Below the pieces are notes generated by a model that was given only the letters and a program-made list of their open reading frames with translations, did not search any database and was not told where the DNA came from. 64,000 nucleotides of DNA from Candidatus Limnocylindria bacterium. Its GTDB lineage: Bacteria > Chloroflexota > Limnocylindria > QHBO01. This document shows positions 9,805 through 19,769 of this stretch, piece after piece. Both the position numbers and the translations under genes were made by a program. Position 1 is the first letter of the stretch, and each line of letters begins with the position of its first letter. The stretch spans positions 42,573 to 106,572 of the forward strand of contig JBBSML010000005.1 in assembly GCA_038233215.1 (NCBI GenBank). The letters are read 5' to 3'.

Positions 9805-10973
9805 GGTGCGAACACCTCCAGCAGGGCGGCGGGGGAGAGCGCGTCGGTTGCGGGCCGGCAGTCTCCGAGCGCGGAGCCGAGGCGGACGGCTGCCGCGGGC
9901 CGTGCCGAGAGCCGGCCAACGGCGTAGCCGAGGACCGGGGGCGCAGCCAGGAGACCCTGGATAAGCCAGCTGAGCGCGGTTTTGGCGGCGAAGGCACCAC
10001 GCCGCTGCGCACGGTAGGCCGCCTCGACCTCGCCACCGGCCAGGATGGCATCGGCAGCGGCGCGGGCGGAACGCAGGGCGCGATGGATCCCCTCGCCGGT
10101 GAAGGGATCCACGAATCCCGAGGCATCTCCCACGAGTAGCCAGCCAGGTCCTGCCGGGGTCGAGACGCGATGGCCGATCGGCGCCGCGCCCCTGATCGAT
10201 GTCACCCGCTCGCTGCCCGCCAGCCTGCGCGCCACTGCGGGGAGACCGGAGATCGCTGCGTCAAATCGGGCGTTGGCCGGTTGTCCGGCGTCCTCCATCG
10301 GCAGGGCCATGCCCACATTCAGCTCGCCGCCCGGCGTGGGCGCCAAGCCGACGTAATATCCTCGCCCGACGTGCATCTCTCCGTGGTCGGACAGGCCATC
10401 GACGCCAGCGTGGTGCGCCACGAGGCCGAGCCGCCGCGGGAAGCGCACCGGGAGATCAACGCCGACGAGGCGGCTGACAGTTGAGCGCGTTCCATCCGCT
10501 CCGACCGTCCAACGAGCTGACACGGTCTCGTCGCGGCCGGTCGCTTGGTCGCGCAGGGTCGCACCGCGGACGGTACGACCCTCGCACACGAGGCTCACCA
10601 CACGCGTTCGCTCCTGAAGGATCGCGCCCATTCGGGCTGCGTGCCCGGCCAGGTGAGCATCAAAGCTGCGACGATCGATGCCCCATGCGTTCCGTGCTCC
10701 GCCCTCGTCCTCGTATCGGATCGTCGTCGATCTGCTCCCGGCGTGCAGCTCCATGCCGCGGAGGGGGACAGCGAGGTCCCTCCAGTCGCTCGCCATTCCG
10801 AGCCGCTGCAGCTCCTCGACGATCCGCGGGCTGGCGTACTCGGCACAGGTCTTCGGTCGCGGGTGCTCTCCGGCCTCGACGAGCAGGACCGATGCCCCTG
10901 CACGCGCCAGCGCGGCCGCAAGCGCGGATCCAGCCGGTCCGGCTCCGGCGACGAGCACATCGACCGATTTCAT
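9801..10973 (-). CDS. FAD-dependent oxidoreductase, geranylgeranyl reductase family (MenJ/BchP-like)
   Basis: GxGxxG (VLVAGAGPAGS) and the family motif LVGDASGFVDPFTGEGI. Start at MKSVDVL; ATGA overlap with the methyltransferase stop. Confidence 0.8.
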   Translation of the reverse strand: MKSVDVLVAGAGPAGSALAAALARAGASVLLVEAGEHPRPKTCAEYASPRIVEELQRLGMASDWRDLAVPLRGMELHAGSRSTTIRYEDEGGARNAWGIDRRSFDAHLAGHAARMGAILQERTRVVSLVCEGRTVRGATLRDQATGRDETVSARWTVGADGTRSTVSRLVGVDLPVRFPRRLGLVAHHAGVDGLSDHGEMHVGRGYYVGLAPTPGGELNVGMALPMEDAGQPANARFDAAISGLPAVARRLAGSERVTSIRGAAPIGHRVSTPAGPGWLLVGDASGFVDPFTGEGIHRALRSARAAADAILAGGEVEAAYRAQRRGAFAAKTALSWLIQGLLAAPPVLGYAVGRLSARPAAAVRLGSALGDCRPATDALSPAALLEVFAP

Positions 10974-11692
10974 CCGGCGGTGATCGGCGTGGTGGCGGTG
11001 ACGACGCGCGGCATCCAGCGCGGCGAGCGCCACCGAACCGCGAGGCCGGCCTCACCGATAAGCTCGTCCAATTCCTCCAGGGTGTAGGCGCGCCGGGCCG
11101 AGATCATGCCGTCGTGCCGTGTCACGCGACTGCCGCCGACCGCCGCAACGCCGAGGGCGGTGCCCACCAGTGGGAGGAGGCCGCGGCGCAGGTCGTTGAT
11201 CACCACACCGCGTCGCGCCACGCGCCGCAGCTCGCGGAGGACGGCGACCGCCTCGCCGGGGTCGAGATGGTGCATGAGCAGCGAGCAGTGGCTCACGTCG
11301 AACGAATCGTCGGCGAACGGCAGCGACCGGACATCGCCCTCGATGATCTGGATTCGCTGCTCGGTGGCCGTGGAGCGACGGGCGATGGCCAGCACCTCGG
11401 GATGCGTGTCGAGTGCCGATGTCTCCCACCTGCTACGCGCGAAGCCCACCGGCATATCGCCTCGCCCGGTGCCCGCATCGAGGATGCGCGCGGTGGCGTC
11501 TCCATCGAGCAGGTGACGAATGGCGGCGATGCTCGCGCCGGTACCGCCGGGCAGGCGATTCAGACGTGCGAGATCGGCGAGATTGCGCGCCACCTCGGTC
11601 GTCGAGAGCTGATCGCCATCAAGCAGCTCCGTCGCATCGGCCCGAAACGTCAATGGCAGGCTTCGCCGAGCCCGGCGGAGGGCAGTCAGCAC
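10970..11692 (-). CDS. Class I SAM-dependent methyltransferase
   Basis: Motif I ILDAGTGRGD. GTG start. Confidence 0.7.
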   Translation of the reverse strand: MLTALRRARRSLPLTFRADATELLDGDQLSTTEVARNLADLARLNRLPGGTGASIAAIRHLLDGDATARILDAGTGRGDMPVGFARSRWETSALDTHPEVLAIARRSTATEQRIQIIEGDVRSLPFADDSFDVSHCSLLMHHLDPGEAVAVLRELRRVARRGVVINDLRRGLLPLVGTALGVAAVGGSRVTRHDGMISARRAYTLEELDELIGEAGLAVRWRSPRWMPRVVTATTPITAG

Positions 11693-11813
11693 AGCTGGGG
11701 TGCGGTCACGTCGTTGTCACCGTCGGATGATAGGCGTTGAATCACGGTCTACCGGATACGGCCCGGATCAGCTCGCTGAATCAACGGGAGCCCCGCGCTA
11801 CACTTACCTCCAG

Positions 11814-12794
11814 ATGACCGTCGCCGTACCAGCCACCACCGACACCAGACATCGCAAGGTCGCCATCATCGGCTCCGGCCCCGCCGGGCTGACCGCCGCC
11901 ATTTACGCCGCGCGCGCCAATCTCGAACCCATCGTGATCGCCGGCAATGTGCCGATGGGCCAGCTGATGATCACCTCCGACGTGGAGAATTACCCCGGCT
12001 TTCCGCAGGGTATCCAGGGTCCCGAGCTCATGGAGCACTTCCGGGATCAGGCCGAGCGCTTTGGCTCGACGCTGGTTGAACAGGACGCCACCAGGGTCGA
12101 CTTCAGCGAACGGCCATTCGGGATCTGGGTCGGCGAGGACGAATACCGCGCCGATGCGGTGATCGTTGCGACCGGCGCATCGGCGCTGTGGCTGGGGCTG
12201 CCGTCGGAAGAGGAGTTCCGTGGTCGAGGCGTCAGCGCCTGCGCGACCTGCGATGGCTTCTTCTTCCGCGGCCGTGAGGTCGCAGTCGTGGGCGGCGGCG
12301 ACACGGCGCTCGAGGAGGCGACGTTCCTGACCCGCTTCGCCGACAAGGTCACCATGCTCGTGCGGCGCGATGAGTTCCGCGGCAGCAAGATCATGCGCGA
12401 CCGCGCCGAGCGCGACCCGAAGATCGAGATCCTCTTCAACCGGGAGGTCACCGAGGTCAAGGGCGAGATGACCGTCAACGCCCTCACCGTGCGCGACACC
12501 GCCGGTGGGGAAAGCAGCGACCTTGCGGTGCAGGGTATGTTCGTGGCCATCGGCTACAAACCCAACACCGACCTGTTCACGGATCAGCTCAAGGTGGGAC
12601 CGGGCGGATACCTCGAGCTCGTCGGCGAGACCGGCTCCGGGGTCGAGGGTGTCTTCGTGGCCGGCGACGTTCACGATGACCACTACCGCCAGGCGGTGAC
12701 CGCGGCGGGTGACGGCTGCAAGGCGGCCATCGACGCGGAGCGCTGGCTCGCCTCCGTCGGCGAGACCGAGGCCTCCACCGCCACGAACTGGTGA
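11814..12794 (+). CDS. trxB: Thioredoxin-disulfide reductase
   Basis: GSGPAG FAD motif and the redox-active CATCDGFFF. Start at MTVAV chosen over the upstream extension. Confidence 0.9.
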   Translation: MTVAVPATTDTRHRKVAIIGSGPAGLTAAIYAARANLEPIVIAGNVPMGQLMITSDVENYPGFPQGIQGPELMEHFRDQAERFGSTLVEQDATRVDFSERPFGIWVGEDEYRADAVIVATGASALWLGLPSEEEFRGRGVSACATCDGFFFRGREVAVVGGGDTALEEATFLTRFADKVTMLVRRDEFRGSKIMRDRAERDPKIEILFNREVTEVKGEMTVNALTVRDTAGGESSDLAVQGMFVAIGYKPNTDLFTDQLKVGPGGYLELVGETGSGVEGVFVAGDVHDDHYRQAVTAAGDGCKAAIDAERWLASVGETEASTATNW

Positions 12795-14938
12795 CGGATC
12801 GACCGGTGGCCGCACGCGTACCGCGCCCCGAGGATCTGTACGACCTCCGGGTCCCCACCCAGGTCGACCTGTCGCCGGATGGGCAGCGGGTCGCGTTCTG
12901 CGTGAAGTCGGTGTCGCCCGGCAAGGATGCGTACCGCAGCTCCCTCTGGCTGGCTCCGGCGGATGGGTCGACGGCCGCGCACCAGCTCACGATCGGCTCG
13001 AAGTCCGACACCACCCCGCGCTGGAGCCCGGACGGCCGAACGCTGGCCTTCCTTTCCGATCGATCATCCGTGCTCCAGGCCGGCGGCGGCGGCGCAAAGG
13101 CGGGCAAGCCCGAGGCGCCCGATGAGGGGGGTACACAGGTCTGGCTGCTCCCGTTCGCCGATGGTGGGGAGGCTCGACAGCTGACCGATCTGCCGAAGGA
13201 CGTCTCCGCGATCTCGTGGTCGCCCGATGGCGAGCGGCTCTGCGTGGTCAGCGGCTCGACCTCCACGCAGGCGGAGAAGAAGCCTGAGCGTCGTCCCGAG
13301 GATCCGCCGCTTCCCGACGCGCGGTTGATCGACACGCTCGCATACCAGTTCAACGGAATCGGGTTCGTCCACGACAAGTTTCAACATCTCTGGCTGGTCG
13401 ACGCATCGTCCGGGGACGCGGAGCTGCTGACGACCGGTGATCATCACGACTCGGATCCACATTGGTCGCCGGACGGGAAGCGCATCGCGTTCGTGTCTGA
13501 CCGGCATCGGGACGCGGACCTTGGCTGGCGAACCGACATCTATCTCGTCGAGGTCGCGACCAAGAGGGTGAAACAGCTCTCTCCGGGTCAGGGACGGCAG
13601 ACGTGGGGCGCGCCTGCATGGTCGCCGGACGGTGCGTGGATCGCCGCCGTCGGCAGCCGTGACTGGGAGCGCGGGGAGCTTCAACAGGCATCCGTGTGGC
13701 GGTTCCGCGTCCGCGACGGCCAAGCTGATGATCTTCTCGTCGGGTCGGACCTCGAGGCCGCCGCTGCCATGAACAGCGACCTGTTCGGAGGCGGCGGGAC
13801 CAGCCTGCACTGGATGGGCGACGCGCGCTGGCTCGTCTTCGCGGCCCCCGTGGAGGGCAGTTTCGAGCTCTGGCGGGTGGAGGTCGAGGGCGGACGTCTC
13901 GAACGGCTCACGCGCGACCGCCATTTCCTGGGACGTTTCTCAGCGACCGCCATGCCGCGCGGGGCGGCTCGTTTCGCGGCCGTCAGAACCAGTGGCACAG
14001 AGGCGCCGGAGGTCGTGATCGGCGACATTCCTGCCAGGCGACTGGGCGCCAATGACCGCGTGGACCTCCGGCCCGTCAGCGACCTCATGAGCGACGCCTG
14101 GCGTGAGGTCAAGCTCGTCGCACCGGTCGAGCGCTGGCACGAGGTCGACGGTCGGCGTATCCAGGGTTGGTTCCTCCAGGCGCCCGCGGGCACGAAGCAA
14201 CGCCCCGCGCCGGTCGTGCTCGAGATCCACGGCGGTCCCGGCACCCTCTACGGCTGGTCTCTGATCTGGGAGTGGCAGCTGCTCGTGGCGAGCGGCATCA
14301 GCGTGTACGCTTGCAACCCGCGTGGCTCCCAGGGCTATGGCGCGGACTTCCTGTCCGCCAATGTTGCCGATTGGGGCGACGGACCGATGCGCGATTGCAT
14401 GGCCGGGCTGGACGCGCTCATCGCCGAAGGCCTCGTTGATCCCGACCGCATGGGTGTCACCGGTGGCTCGTACGGCGGCTACCTGACCAGCTGGATCGTG
14501 GGTCACACTGATCGGTTCAGGGCAGCGGTGACATGCCGCAGCGTCAACGACATGGTCAGCCAGATGCTGTCGGGCGACATCGGCGGCCCGACATTCGGAC
14601 TCTACGAATACGGCGTCCAACCGTGGGAGGACTGGGACCTCTACCGGCGCCATTCACCGCTGACCTACGCCACGTCGGTCACGACGCCACTGCTCATCCA
14701 GCACAGCGAGAAGGATCTGCGCTGCACGATCACGCAGGCGGAAGAGCTCTTTGCCGTGCTCCGCTCGCTGAAGCGCGTGGTGCGCCTCATGCGTGTCCCC
14801 GACGAGTCCCACGAGCTCACCCGATCAGGCATGCCATTTCGTCGGGTCGACAACCTGCGGCTCATCGACGAGTGGTTCCGTCATTTCCTGATCGATGGCA
14901 AGACACGCCTCCCTAAGGTTGATACGAAGCGCGGCTAG
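12791..14938 (+). CDS. S9-family serine peptidase (prolyl oligopeptidase / acylaminoacyl peptidase-like) with an N-terminal beta-propeller
   Basis: ATGA overlap with trxB. Catalytic GGSYGG motif. WD/TolB-like repeats (SPDG repeats) in the N-terminal half. Confidence 0.85.
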   Translation: MTDRPVAARVPRPEDLYDLRVPTQVDLSPDGQRVAFCVKSVSPGKDAYRSSLWLAPADGSTAAHQLTIGSKSDTTPRWSPDGRTLAFLSDRSSVLQAGGGGAKAGKPEAPDEGGTQVWLLPFADGGEARQLTDLPKDVSAISWSPDGERLCVVSGSTSTQAEKKPERRPEDPPLPDARLIDTLAYQFNGIGFVHDKFQHLWLVDASSGDAELLTTGDHHDSDPHWSPDGKRIAFVSDRHRDADLGWRTDIYLVEVATKRVKQLSPGQGRQTWGAPAWSPDGAWIAAVGSRDWERGELQQASVWRFRVRDGQADDLLVGSDLEAAAAMNSDLFGGGGTSLHWMGDARWLVFAAPVEGSFELWRVEVEGGRLERLTRDRHFLGRFSATAMPRGAARFAAVRTSGTEAPEVVIGDIPARRLGANDRVDLRPVSDLMSDAWREVKLVAPVERWHEVDGRRIQGWFLQAPAGTKQRPAPVVLEIHGGPGTLYGWSLIWEWQLLVASGISVYACNPRGSQGYGADFLSANVADWGDGPMRDCMAGLDALIAEGLVDPDRMGVTGGSYGGYLTSWIVGHTDRFRAAVTCRSVNDMVSQMLSGDIGGPTFGLYEYGVQPWEDWDLYRRHSPLTYATSVTTPLLIQHSEKDLRCTITQAEELFAVLRSLKRVVRLMRVPDESHELTRSGMPFRRVDNLRLIDEWFRHFLIDGKTRLPKVDTKRG

Positions 14939-15059
14939 ATCCCAAGGTCGGCGATCTATTGGTCACCGTGGTGCGTGGTGAGCTGCCGAGGTGCGTTACG
15001 GCCTCATGGATCGGGTCGTGCGGCACCTGAGAGACGGGTGATGCGCGTCGGTGCCTCAT

Positions 15060-15104
15060 TGATCGGCAGCGGCCTCGTTCAGCGACCACCCTATACTCGC
15101 GCGC
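15060..15104 (+). promoter_or_regulatory. Candidate promoter with a TATACT -10 box 7 nt before the ATG (leaderless transcript)
   Basis: TATACT at 15092-15097; ATG at 15105; no Shine-Dalgarno. Confidence 0.3.
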
Positions 15105-16664
15105 ATGTCCACTGACTTCGAGGCGGCGATCAATGCTGGCTACGGCTTCGAGGGTCCAGCGATCACCTTTGGCGCCGCGATGCAGGGCGAGGACGCGCTC
15201 CCCGCAGCCCAGGTGCGTGTGCCCCTGGCGATGATGAACCGCCACGGGCTGGTGGCCGGCGCCACCGGCACCGGCAAGACGAAGACCCTCCAGGTGCTGG
15301 CCGAGCAGCTCAGTGGCGCCGGCGTCCCGGTCTTCATCAGCGACATCAAGGGCGACATCAGTGGTCTCGCCGCGTCCGCAGTGCTCAACGAGAATCTGGC
15401 GGCGCGCGCTCAGGCAATCGGCTTCGCCGATTATGCGCCGAAGGCCTTCCCGGTCGAATTCTTCACGCTCGACCGAGGGGGCAAGGGCGTGCGCCTGCGC
15501 GCATCGGTCTCGAGCTTCGGGCCGATCCTGCTGGCCAAGGTGCTCGATCTGAATGACACTCAGCAATCGGTCCTGGCGCTGGCCTTCAAGTACGCCGATG
15601 ACAAGCAGTTGCCGCTCATCAACCTCGAGGACCTGCGCTCCCTGCTCAATCACCTCAACTCGGACGAGGGCAAGTCCGAGATGGCCGAGTACGGCGGCAT
15701 CGCGACGGCGACGGCCGGCGTCATCATCCGCAAGATCGCTGAGCTCGAGCAGCAGGAGGCCGATGCATTCTTCGGCTCCCCCGAGTTCGAAGTCGAGCAC
15801 TTCCTGCGCACGGCCGAGGACGGGCGAGGCGTCATCAGCGTCCTCGAGCTGGCGGACATGCAGGATCGGCCAGCGCTGTTCAGCACCTTCATGATGTGGC
15901 TGCTCGCCAACCTGTACGCGACGCTTCCCGAAGTCGGGGATCCGGACAAGCCGAAGCTCGTCTTCTTCTTCGACGAGGCGCACCTCCTGTTCCGTGACGC
16001 GAACAAGACATTCATGGGCCAGATCGAGCTTGTGGCGCGCCTCATCCGCTCCAAGGGGGTCGGCGTCTTCTTCGTCACCCACTCTCCGACCGACGTGCCA
16101 TCCGAGGTGCTGGGCCAGCTCGGCAACCGCGTGCAGCACGCCCTGCGCGCCTTCACGCCCGATGACCTCCAGAACGTCCGAGCCACAGCCGAAACGTTCC
16201 CCACCACCGAGCATTACGACGTGGAGGACGAGCTCACGAAGCTGGGCACCGGCGAGGCGCTCATCACCGCGCTCGATCTCAAGGGCAGGCCCATGCCGAC
16301 CGCCCGGGTGATGATGCGTCCGCCCATGTCGCTGATGGCACAGGTTGAGCCGGCGGTCTTCGACGCCGTCGTGACCGCGTCGCAGATTGCGCCGACCTAT
16401 GCGGCCGACACCGATCCCGAATCCGCCAAGGAGCTGCTCGCCGCTCGCATGAAGAAGGCGACCGAGGAGGCGGTCGAGCCGATGACGGGTATCGAGGACC
16501 CCGAGTCTCCGGCTGAACGGAAGATGCGGCCGACAAATGCGCCTGAGAAGGGTGTCGATTGGGGCAGGGTCGCCACGGAGGGCTCACGCGTCATGCGCTC
16601 AGGCGCCTTCAACACGATCCTGCGAACCGTGCTGGGCGTCCTGAGTGGTGGCCGCCGCCGCTGA
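15105..16664 (+). CDS. DUF853 / HerA-like P-loop ATPase (YjgR family)
   Basis: Walker A GATGTGKT. Length and N-terminal pattern are typical of YjgR. Confidence 0.75.
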   Translation: MSTDFEAAINAGYGFEGPAITFGAAMQGEDALPAAQVRVPLAMMNRHGLVAGATGTGKTKTLQVLAEQLSGAGVPVFISDIKGDISGLAASAVLNENLAARAQAIGFADYAPKAFPVEFFTLDRGGKGVRLRASVSSFGPILLAKVLDLNDTQQSVLALAFKYADDKQLPLINLEDLRSLLNHLNSDEGKSEMAEYGGIATATAGVIIRKIAELEQQEADAFFGSPEFEVEHFLRTAEDGRGVISVLELADMQDRPALFSTFMMWLLANLYATLPEVGDPDKPKLVFFFDEAHLLFRDANKTFMGQIELVARLIRSKGVGVFFVTHSPTDVPSEVLGQLGNRVQHALRAFTPDDLQNVRATAETFPTTEHYDVEDELTKLGTGEALITALDLKGRPMPTARVMMRPPMSLMAQVEPAVFDAVVTASQIAPTYAADTDPESAKELLAARMKKATEEAVEPMTGIEDPESPAERKMRPTNAPEKGVDWGRVATEGSRVMRSGAFNTILRTVLGVLSGGRRR

Positions 16665-16727
16665 CAGCCCACGCGCCATCGATGGGCGAACGAAACGCCG
16701 GGCCAACCGATTCCACATCGGTCGCGT

Positions 16728-16762
16728 ACGGCGGCCGTGCCTTGCCCGTTGGGCCGCCGTTT
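16728..16762. terminator. GC-rich hairpin (CGGCGGCC ... GGCCGCCG) followed by TTTCG, between convergent genes
   Basis: Seen in sequence. Outer arms CGAAACGCCGGGCCAAC / GTTGGGCCGCCGTTTCG could extend the stem. Confidence 0.3.
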
Positions 16763-16781
16763 CGTGCTCAGTTGGCGCCGC

Positions 16782-17585
16782 TCAACGGTGGCGATCGCGT
16801 CCGGGCGAGGCCGCCAGTGCGATCTGCAGCCAGCTCTCGACATCATGGTCATCCGCTGGCAAGCCCCGGATCACCAGCGTGTCAACCACGGACCGATACG
16901 GTGCCAGCGCCGTGGCGACTTCGCCCGGATCGCCGGATTCGACGGCCACGCCGATGAGCCCACCCGGCTGCGCATCGAATGCTCGGGCGTAATGTGCGCC
17001 ATAGCCACGGTATCGATCCATTTCAGCCTGAAGGCGGTCAGCGGCACCGGGACCTACGGCGGTGCGTACGTACGCCACCAGGCGCGGGTTCGGACGCCCG
17101 GCAGCATATGCTCCTTCGACGACGCGCTCGCGAATCCAGGCCAGTCGGTCCGGGAGCGCCCAGTTGGCGACCACTGCATCGGCGATCTCACCGGCCAGGT
17201 GAGCCATCTGCGGCCCGACCGCGGCGACCGCGATCGACACGTCGGGAACGAGGCGACGAAGCTCGGCGACGCTGTCGCGGACGAGCTGAAGCGACGCCGA
17301 GGAGCCGCTGCCGACTCCCACGGTCAGGCGGTCGGTCGGCAGGTCGGCGGCCTCAACGCGCTCCACGATCTCCGCCGGCGCATGCTCCGAGAGCGCGATG
17401 ACGCCGACGCCGAAGCGCAGCGACCGCGTGTCGGACGCAGCTGCGGACAGGGTCGCCAGGCCGTCGCCGCGTGGGGTGTCGTTGACCCAAAGCTCACGGT
17501 AGTCGAGACGTTCGACCTCGGCGCCGAGCCGGGCGTGGTCGGGGCGAACAGCGGCCGTGATCCCGAAAGCCAGCTCCGCAATCAT
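16782..17585 (-). CDS. LLM-class (luciferase-like) F420-dependent oxidoreductase
   Basis: TIM-barrel LLM signature regions. 267 aa. Confidence 0.7.
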   Translation of the reverse strand: MIAELAFGITAAVRPDHARLGAEVERLDYRELWVNDTPRGDGLATLSAAASDTRSLRFGVGVIALSEHAPAEIVERVEAADLPTDRLTVGVGSGSSASLQLVRDSVAELRRLVPDVSIAVAAVGPQMAHLAGEIADAVVANWALPDRLAWIRERVVEGAYAAGRPNPRLVAYVRTAVGPGAADRLQAEMDRYRGYGAHYARAFDAQPGGLIGVAVESGDPGEVATALAPYRSVVDTLVIRGLPADDHDVESWLQIALAASPGRDRHR

Positions 17586-17589
17586 CGGC

Positions 17590-18360
17590 TCAGCGGCCGA
17601 GTGCCGCGCGAGCGACGTCGGGGACGTCGGTCACGAAGCCCCACAGGCCACAGGCGGCGAGATGCTGCATGCGCTCCGCATCGTTGACGACGTAGCACCC
17701 GATCTCCCGACCGTAGATCTGTGCCTGCGCCATGAGCGCCAGCGGATCCAGACCAAGGTCTCCTTCCCAGGGAAAGACGCCGGTGTGCCCGTGCTCGGTG
17801 GCCCAGACAAGCGCGGGCTCGACCGGCTGCGTCGGCACCAGGAGGTACCCGGTCTTGATCTCGCGATCGAGCTCACGGACGCGTTCGATTGCCTGTTCGT
17901 CGAAGCTGATCACCGCCAGGCGGCCGCTCATTCGCACGGGGTGATCCCGCACGGCCTCGACCACCGCATCGGCGGCGGTGCGCGCCTTGATCTCGATGAC
18001 CAGGCCGACGGCATCCGGCAGCCAGGCGAGCACCTCGGGCAGCGTCGGGATGGTGAGGCCGCGACCGGCGAACGGATAGCCCGAGTGGCCGGAATGCACG
18101 AAGGTGGCACCCGCATCGGCCTCGCGAATCTCGTCCATCGTGTGTTCGACAACCGGCCCGGTCCTGTCGGTGGTCCGGTCGAGGGTATCGTCGTGGATGA
18201 CGGCCAGCTGCCCGTCTGAAGTGAGATGGACGTCGAGCTCGATGGCATCGGCGCCGGCTTCGACGCCCAGCCGAAATGCTTCCATCGTGTTCTCAGGCGC
18301 CTGTGTCGAGGCTCCCCGGTGGGCCACCACGATCGTCATCGGTCCATTGCCTCCATTCAT
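17590..18360 (-). CDS. Glycerophosphodiester phosphodiesterase
   Basis: GDPD motifs HRG, ENT, ELDVHLT.DG..VV.HD. Confidence 0.85.
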   Translation of the reverse strand: MNGGNGPMTIVVAHRGASTQAPENTMEAFRLGVEAGADAIELDVHLTSDGQLAVIHDDTLDRTTDRTGPVVEHTMDEIREADAGATFVHSGHSGYPFAGRGLTIPTLPEVLAWLPDAVGLVIEIKARTAADAVVEAVRDHPVRMSGRLAVISFDEQAIERVRELDREIKTGYLLVPTQPVEPALVWATEHGHTGVFPWEGDLGLDPLALMAQAQIYGREIGCYVVNDAERMQHLAACGLWGFVTDVPDVARAALGR

Positions 18361-19715
18361 GCCTCCTCACTGGCCGGCTCGTCCTCCGGAACGCCGCGCA
18401 GGATCCAGATCCCGATCAGCAAGAGCACGAAGAGCGAGGCGATCGCCACCCGGTACGCGTCGCGGCCCACGCTCGACAGGAGGGTGGAAACGATGATGCC
18501 GTAGATGAGCGGGCCGATGATGGCGCTGAACTTCCCGACCAGCCCGTACAGGCCGAACATCTCGCCCACCCGGTCGGCCGGCGCCAGGCGCAGCAGCATG
18601 AGCCGATCCACCACGCCGACCCCGCCCAGCCCGGCGCCCAGCAGCGCCCCGGCGAAGAGAAACGGGACCGGAGCCAACAAGCTGGAGATGATCGCGAGGC
18701 CGACCGCCCAGACGGCCAGCACGGCAAACAGGGTGCGGCGCGGACCCCACCGGTCGGCCAGGACACCCCAGCCGAGCGAGGCGATCACGGCGACCACGGT
18801 CAGAATGAGCAGGACCTGGAGTGCCTGACCCTCGGTGAAGCCGATGGCGTGGACGGCGAAGGCGCTCATGACCACGATCGCGGTATTGACAGGGTCCGAG
18901 TAGAAGAAGCGGGCGACGATGAACCGGAGCAGCCCCGGGGATTCGCGTGCGCGCCGGAAGGTGTGCGCGAGCTGGCCGAAGGAGCGGCCGGCGTGCGTGG
19001 CGCTGAAGCGCTCGCCGGTTCGGGTCGCCTCGCGGACGAGGAGAAAGAGCGGCGCTGCGAAGATCGCGAACAGGCCAGCCACCAGCGCGAAGGTGGCAGG
19101 CGTGGAGGCGCCGTCGGCATCGGTGCTGATGCCGACGAGGAGCAGCACACCCACCAGGAGCGTGCCGCAATAGCCGAGCGCCACGCCGATGCCGGACAGG
19201 CGGCCGCGGGCGATCGGGTGGGCGACGTCCGGCAGCAGCGCGTCGTAGTAGATGAGCGCACCCTGGTAGGCGAAGTTGGCGATGGCGAAAGCGACCAGGC
19301 CCAGCCGAATGTCGACGAGCCCGATGGCAATCGTGCCGATGACGCAGGCCGCGGTGAAGACCGCCAGGAACGGCTTGCGACGGCCGACGCGGTCGCTCAT
19401 GGCGCCCAGCACCGGGGAGACGATGGCGTTCAGGAGGACCGAGACGCTCACCGCGGCCGTGAACCAGAACGTTCCCGGTCCCTCGCCGAGGAAGCTGATC
19501 GTCCACAGGCTCATCGCGAAACTCACGATCGCGAAGCTGAAAATGGTGTTCGCGAAGTCGTAGGACGCCCAGGCGAGCGCCTCAATCGAGCTGCCGGATC
19601 GGGTCAGGCCACCGAGCGCGCGCCACCAGGACGCCGCAGCGAGGGCGGTCACGGCTGCGTTGCTCTGGGCATCACCTGGCGGATCATAGCGGGGCGGTTG
19701 ATTCGCCAGATCCAC
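18357..19715 (-). CDS. MFS transporter
   Basis: 12-TM profile and MFS motif (GxxSDRxGRR). 4-nt overlap with the GDPD gene. Confidence 0.8.
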   Translation of the reverse strand: MDLANQPPRYDPPGDAQSNAAVTALAAASWWRALGGLTRSGSSIEALAWASYDFANTIFSFAIVSFAMSLWTISFLGEGPGTFWFTAAVSVSVLLNAIVSPVLGAMSDRVGRRKPFLAVFTAACVIGTIAIGLVDIRLGLVAFAIANFAYQGALIYYDALLPDVAHPIARGRLSGIGVALGYCGTLLVGVLLLVGISTDADGASTPATFALVAGLFAIFAAPLFLLVREATRTGERFSATHAGRSFGQLAHTFRRARESPGLLRFIVARFFYSDPVNTAIVVMSAFAVHAIGFTEGQALQVLLILTVVAVIASLGWGVLADRWGPRRTLFAVLAVWAVGLAIISSLLAPVPFLFAGALLGAGLGGVGVVDRLMLLRLAPADRVGEMFGLYGLVGKFSAIIGPLIYGIIVSTLLSSVGRDAYRVAIASLFVLLLIGIWILRGVPEDEPASEEA

Positions 19716-19769
19716 GCCCGGGCGTCGCGCGTGCCTTGCAGCACCGAGTCAGGGGCGGGTCAGCATCGG

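Noticed and set aside
14913-16214. 433-aa minus-strand ORF
   Set aside because: It is antisense to the well-supported DUF853 ATPase and has no domain signal.
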